Below are positions 57,852 through 64,000 of a stretch of 64,000 nucleotides of DNA, piece after piece (position 1 is the first letter of the stretch; each line of letters begins with the position of its first letter). A model generated the notes under the pieces. That model was not told the origin of the DNA, made no database searches, and worked only from the letters and a program-made list of their open reading frames with translations. This stretch comes from Octopus vulgaris (taxonomy: Eukaryota). The stretch lies in contig OX597821.1 of assembly GCA_951406725.2 (NCBI GenBank), positions 51,026,001-51,090,000 on the forward strand. Direction: 5' to 3'. The position numbers were made by a program, and so were the translations under genes.

Positions 57852-57874
57852 AATATATACTTAGTGCAAGTATG

Positions 57875-57952
57875 ATATATGTGTACAGGACACCAAAAGA
57901 CGTCGAACACATAGAGAGACGAAAAACATATACAGGACAATAAGCACAACGA

Positions 57953-57992
<40 letters not shown>

Positions 57993-58899
57993 AAACATAT
58001 AAACAGTAAAAAAAAAAAAAAATTATATATAAACAGTTGAAAAATAAATATATAACAGTGAGAGACAGGACAAGGAGAACAAGATAAGAAGGGCTGTTTA
58101 CGCCAGACGAAAAAAGTAATGCAAACGCTGGATTATAGTGGACGACGAGAGAGAAAGAATGTCGACCAGTGGCCTTAGAAGGCGGGCGAGAAAAGACAGG
58201 ATAGCAGTTACGACGGAAGTATCGTCGCAGATGGACGACGGGAATGGGGGAGGAGGAGCAAGAGGAAGAGAGAGAGAAGAAGGGGAATGGTGCGAGGAGA
58301 CCATGAAGAATGGTGAGGGGGAGAGAGAGAATGAAGAATGAGAGAGAGAGGAAGAGACAAGTTAAGTGAGGGAAAAAGGACGAAAAAGGGAATGGGAGAG
58401 AAAGAAAGAAAGATGCAGAGTCGCGTGAGAGTTAATATCAAGGCTAACTTGATAAACAGAACAATCTTACTTAATAGGGTGCGTGCGTTTAGTCGTATAA
58501 TATGTTAATAAAATAGAACATATGCATATATATAAACATATATGTACGTACCTACCTCTACATGTACATATACACGCATATATGTGTACAGGACACCAAA
58601 AGACGTCGAACACATAGAGAGACGAAAAACATAGACACAAACCAAGGAACAGGACAAGCAAAAAGAAAAAAAAGAGATACAGGACAATAAGCACAACAAA
58701 AAATCCCCTTCTTCAGTCGCTAAGGTTTCATCTACTCTACGTTTCGAAGGATAAAAGCGAGACGTATACTTCGAAGAAACTTCCTTCCTGCGAAAAGCAA
58801 ATCAATTAAAATTCTGAGATCTTTTCGCAGAGGGGTAAAAAATGGTAAAAAAGCAAGACGGTAACGACAGTACAAACATATAAACAGTAAAAAAAAAAA
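57875..58899 (-). mobile_element. PLE-like remnant with partial direct terminal repeats
   Basis: 57875-58022 repeats parts of 58578-58899; flanked by (TA)n; contains a ribozyme motif. PLE assignment is inference. Confidence 0.55.
58703..58787 (-). ncRNA. Rearranged (non-circularly permuted) hammerhead ribozyme candidate
   Basis: GAAGGA-A-GTTTC..TACG-TC-TCGCT..TCCTTC-GAAA-CGTA..GAAAC..AGCGA-CTGAAGA-AGGGGAT. Confidence 0.7.
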
Positions 58900-58990
58900 G
58901 ATATATATATATATATAACATACAATATTTTATAGAAACGCAGAAAGCTTTGTAGGTTAGGGAGAGAAAGCGACATAGTGAAGGCTTAGA

Positions 58991-59373
58991 GTATAATAAC
59001 ATCATAATAATACTTTATTCTCTAGTTTGAAGCGACAATTTATAAATACAAACAAATGACTGAAAAATGTTGACCTAACCCCATCCAGAATCAAACCCAC
59101 AAATCAACGCTAACACGGCTACCTCTGAATCGGATGGGCGAAACGTTCACCCATCAATTTCAGCCAATTTAAGTTAAAATATTCATAAACTGTCTAATAT
59201 TGAATATAATATTTGTAAACTGATGCGGACGGGTTTGTAAGTTACGGAGAGAAGAATAGTATGGAAGGCTCATAGTATAACAATAACTGGGGTTAGCTCA
59301 TTATTTTTCAGTCGTTTGTATCTATAAATTGTCGCTTCAAATCAGAAAATAATGTTATGATATGTTATTATAC
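58991..59373. repeat. Foldback/MITE-like element with ~80-bp imperfect terminal inverted repeats
   Basis: TTTGAAGCGACAATTTATA.ATACAAAC...GACTGAAAAAT versus ATTTTTCAGTCGTTTGTATCTATAAATTGTCGCTTCAAA. Confidence 0.85.
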
Positions 59374-59376
59374 AAT

Positions 59377-59438
<62 letters not shown>

Positions 59439-59583
59439 CACACACACATATATGTATATATATATATACATACATATATATATATACATATATATATATA
59501 CATACATGCGTATATATATATATATATACATACATATACACACGTATATATATATATATATACATACATATATATATATATAC

Positions 59584-59653
<70 letters not shown>

Positions 59654-59655
<2 letters not shown>

Positions 59656-59753
59656 GACTGGGCCTGATGAAGCCTTCCGGCTTCACAGACCCCAGCTGAA
59701 CCGTCCAACCCATGCTAGCATGGAAAACGGACGCTAAATGATGATGATGATGA
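59654..59753 (+). mobile_element. 3' end of an RTE-like LINE/SINE
   Basis: CCGTCCAACCCATGCTAGCATGGAAAACGGACGCTAAA(TGA)n tail. Confidence 0.6.
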
Positions 59754-60614
59754 TATATAAACATATGTGTGTGTGTGTGTGTGAGTGTATACACACGCAT
59801 GATGTATATATGCTATGCCCGGACGTATGAAGATATCGAGAAGTGCATGCATACATTAATATATTTCATTTTTCCTGTTTCTGAGAATATGTCTGTTATA
59901 TCAATATCTGACGGACCTCCACTCAATCGAACAGAATACATTTGTCACATTGAAGCGTGATGTCAGGAAATCGTGTCACCAATGATTTTACGCTGAAATT
60001 AGTTTCAAGCAGAAGAGAATTAGGTGGCAACTACTTCATTCTGTGATCACTAGCTTCAGCTTGTTAGCAACAATACATCTAGAAAACCTTAAGTGGAGCA
60101 TTCGCAGACAAAAATATAAGACTCTTAACACGTGCCTTTAGATAACCACAGCATTTGCATGAATAGCAGTATCTTACCAAAATCTATTTTTGCCTAATAA
60201 CTGAATCGATAATCTTGAATATTTTATGTGCTGAAAAGAGTCACTGGTTTGTTATTCATCCTTGGGCGAATTAAATGATTTCTCTTTGGTATCTGTGCTC
60301 TGTTTGTTCCAGAAACAGCCTAGAGACAAATATCACTTCTAACCACCATTACTTCGTAAAGATATCTAACGCAATATTCTAATATTTTAAAACTTAGTTA
60401 TAACCCTACATACATGTCTGTTCGATTCGCACGCATTTGTATACTATTAAAACGCACATGCACACTCACGCACATATACACACAAACACACATACTCACA
60501 CATACACAAACTTATACGCACGAGAATACATATTATCATTATACATATATTTTATATGCAATGAAAGATAATTATGCACATGTTTCTGCTTCTACACAAA
60601 AGAATACTTGTGCG

Positions 60615-60650
<36 letters not shown>

Positions 60651-60697
60651 GATATATATGTATATATACACACATGCATACACACTCATGTATATAC

Positions 60698-60745
<48 letters not shown>

Positions 60746-60960
60746 CCAGCCTGTGGCGGTGGAATGATAGAAAAACTAAAGTCTCATATTGTTATCATTG
60801 TGTGGTATTCTAGTCTCAATCTGTATATCACCTGGGAGGTATAAATCTCTTAACAGCATAACATACTCAGTTTGTTCCACTGGTTTTGCTTTGACTGCTA
60901 TAACACTTACCAAGTCTCTCCAAATAATATTTTCTAAACCTTCTCCAAACATTGTTCTCA

Positions 60961-61367
60961 TTATTGAGTGAGAGAGCAGTGCATGCCATCAAAGTGACTC
61001 TTGAGTACAAATATACGAAGCCCAATGTACCCATTATGACTACTTGTCTGATAAGGGTACGCTAGGCACATGCATTACAACCATGTGTGCGTGACATCGT
61101 GATTTCATATGAAGATAAACAGCGCATGAACTTTTAAGTTCATGCAAGTGGAGCCCAGTTAGAATTTTCTTCAGGTAAGTTAGCCCACCCAGCTGAAAAG
61201 CTCACTGAATAAGGGTTGTTTACAGATGTTGAATGAAACATCTATGTTTCCAGATGTGAATTATCGAAGCCCCAAATAATTCCTCTCAAGACACGGCTGT
61301 GATGCTCCTCCACTACTTCTCCTCGTGATCAGAGCTGCACATATTGTCAGCCACCAAGGGGCATGCT
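60961..61367 (-). mobile_element. Second copy of the 44221-44776 repeat
   Basis: TTATTGAGTGAGAGAGCAGTGCATG... is the reverse complement of its 3' end. Confidence 0.85.
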
Positions 61368-62340
61368 TTCTTTATTTGAGCACTCAGGCACATACACAGA
61401 GGGGGACGGCACAAGGACAGACAGAACATCACAGTGGGGACAAAAAACATAAAACGAATGAAAAATGAAAAAAGTATAATGAATTCGATGGTAATGAAAT
61501 GGCTGCATGCGCCGCGTCGTGTGTGTGGGAAGAGACTGCCACTACTAGAAATGCAAAGAAGATATCAAGGAAGTTGGTGATGAGTTTCGAGAAATACTTA
61601 CAGGCACAGAAGTTGGCACATTTGTAGAACTAGAAGTAAAATTATATGGTGCAAGTATAGAATGTTTGTATGTGTACGTTGGTGGCAATAAGGAGGAGAA
61701 GGAGTAATACTGGATGGTAAGGAGAGTTACTGGATGGTAAGGAGACACATTGTTCGTAGCAAGGGCTGAGGAGGGAATCGGACAAAGGACGATCGAGGAA
61801 GATATTCCGACTTCAGGAGTCCAGCTTTAATCACTACAAACATTCTTCTTCGGCAAACATTCAATTTTGTGGTTTGCTTTTTTTCAAACGCAGTCGGAAT
61901 CGTACACTAATATAGCAATAAGAAACAAGCGAACACTAGACACCCCTATTCTCTCAAAGCCCATTCACTTTAAAGCTAAAAATATATATCCAATCTGTTA
62001 CACTGTATCTCCTTACTTCGACCAGGAAGCAAATATGTGTTCACTTTTTTTTTTAAAGAGACATAAACAGAGAAGAAAGTGTTTTGTGTATAAATTAACA
62101 GCAAAGATATAGTTTAGTATGACAGGCTTACAATATAATTCCCGACAAAATGAGAAATATGTGTTGATTCATAAAGGATACATTCTCAGAACTACAAATG
62201 TATGTATATATTGAAAAAGTGTCCTACTTTACAAAGTTTTCATCTTTAGTTACAAATATTTTATTGTCGATTGTTCTGACAAATTCTTTGTTGAATGAAG
62301 TAGGTACAGTTTTTAATCTGCAGATGAATGAGAACATGTG

Positions 62341-62402
<62 letters not shown>

Positions 62403-62516
62403 ACTCTGACATATATCCATTTCTATATCTATGTACTTATGTAGGTATCTATCTAATTATCCATATAAATGCATGTATATGCATATGTATGGAATGTATG
62501 TATATATATATTTATG

Positions 62517-62581
<65 letters not shown>

Positions 62582-62635
62582 GTGTATATAAATATATATG
62601 TATATATACATATGTAACATGTGATAATTAGTTGG

Positions 62636-62709
62636 TTGTCATAATAAACTCCGAGTTTCAGATGCCGAGGCTGAAGTCTGCTGCGGCATCTCATCAGTTA
62701 TTAAGACAA
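62636..62709 (-). ncRNA. Type I hammerhead motif with indels at the core
   Basis: TTGTCTTAATAA-CTGATGA-GATGCCG..CGGCATC-T-GAAA-CTCGGAG-T-TTATTATGACAA. Confidence 0.72.
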
Positions 62710-63584
62710 ACAAAAACGCTATGAAGCTGTTGAATGAAGGGAAATTACTCCAATAGGCATGGGGAAAGTAAATCTTCGTTCATAGAATCCGCATATGCAC
62801 ACATATACACACATACACACACATGTATGTATATATATCTATATGCATACCCACTCACGCGTGTACATATACATACAAACACACATATATGCGTATATAT
62901 GTCTACGCATACATGCACATACACACACATATACCCATGCACGCATCACTTCGCTCATATACACATTTCTACACACATACAAACGCAGATATACAAAACG
63001 TAGTTTATACGCACATGCATATACATACGCGGATAGACGTATATACAAATAAAAAACATACGCAAAAACTCACGGAAGATTATGTTCATATATACATCTC
63101 TATACGCCGATAAACATACATACGCGGATCTACAAAACGTAGTCTATACGCACATGCACATGCATACGCGGGTAGACGTATATACAAATAAAGACACATA
63201 CGCAAAAAACATAAACCGTAAAACATTCACATTCGCCGCAAAACTTGAATATACAAATGAGTTATTTATGTATATACACAAATATACCCTTCTGTCTCTC
63301 AAACACATGCAGATATATAAACGTATATACATGCATATATGTATGAAGGAACGAGACAAATACAACAGGTATAGTCTTGCACTCGTATATATACAATCAT
63401 TCGTACATATGTATATATGCACGCACATACACATTAGAATTACACTACACGCGTATAAGTTACTCAATTATAAAGCGTGAAAAATAATATACAAAAAATA
63501 TATAAAGCAATAAAATATATATAAGAAATATATAGATGTTGAGACATATGAAAGGCGTGTACGCGGACATAACATAAAAAGCAG

Positions 63585-63900
63585 GTTCTATCTGTGATCA
63601 TTGGGACTCCAAAAACGTAGCAAATGTTTTGTCATATCTGGACATGACCCAAAAAGTTCATTTCTTGAATTTAGACATGTAGTGGGGTCGAAAGAAATTT
63701 TCCAGATTAGCCATGTTTCTACATCGCAAAAACCGCATTTTCCACTGCCGCTGGCGTAAGGCCAAGATTCATTGGAAGATCTGATATATTTCACATACTT
63801 TCTTTCGCTGTCTCTTCGTATGAATTCGTTTGAAGTTTGTGTTTAAATGCCATCCTGTCTACTCAAACATTTACATGTTTATGTGCGTCCTGGAGTATTC
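63585..63900 (-). pseudogene. C-terminal part of a Penelope-like GIY-YIG endonuclease domain (decayed)
   Basis: ...PYASGSGKCGFCDVETWLI...CLNSRNELFGSCPDMTKHLL matches the Y-x4-K-C-x-L-C-x2-E...LNxRxEL-x3-C-x-H-x2-K-x-LL terminus of PLE ORFs; upstream LSR..WHL. Confidence 0.72.
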
Positions 63901-64000
63901 CGTCCCAACTATCTTATGCGAGTCTATTTTTATTTATTCGCGTGACTCTTTTGGTATACACGTGTGTGTTTGTGCAGGCGCATATATGTGTACGTGCGCG

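Noticed and set aside
59664-59690. CTGATGA followed by an AGCC/GGCT hairpin
   Set aside because: No GAAA after the stem; lies in an RTE-like tail
61545-61748. Short ORFs on both strands
   Set aside because: Compositionally biased, no domain recognised, adjacent to retroelement debris

Overview
AT-rich, microsatellite-saturated animal genomic DNA, very probably octopus (inferred from the tRNA-derived SINE families and the (TA)n/(CA)n density; not verified). I see no intact host protein-coding gene; most ORF-track entries are microsatellite translations. The window is a graveyard of mobile elements: a near-full-length decayed R4/Dong-type RLE retrotransposon plus fragments, Hero-like and L1/Tx1 3' ends, Penelope-like (PLE) remnants, mariner, pogo/Tigger, a Helentron-type HINE and three SINE families. 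The main hidden signal is RNA structure: about a dozen hammerhead ribozyme (HHR) motifs from several unrelated element families. These include (i) a 352-bp retrozyme-like monomer with a 75-bp terminal redundancy and a possible TSD, (ii) several type I HHRs with palindromic stem III next to microsatellites, and (iii) two sequence-unrelated copies (18.8 kb +, 58.7 kb -) of a rearranged, non-circularly permuted HHR. Both copies keep an intact catalytic core and share the same four-helix architecture. All pairings were derived by eye; no folding, search or cleavage assay was run.
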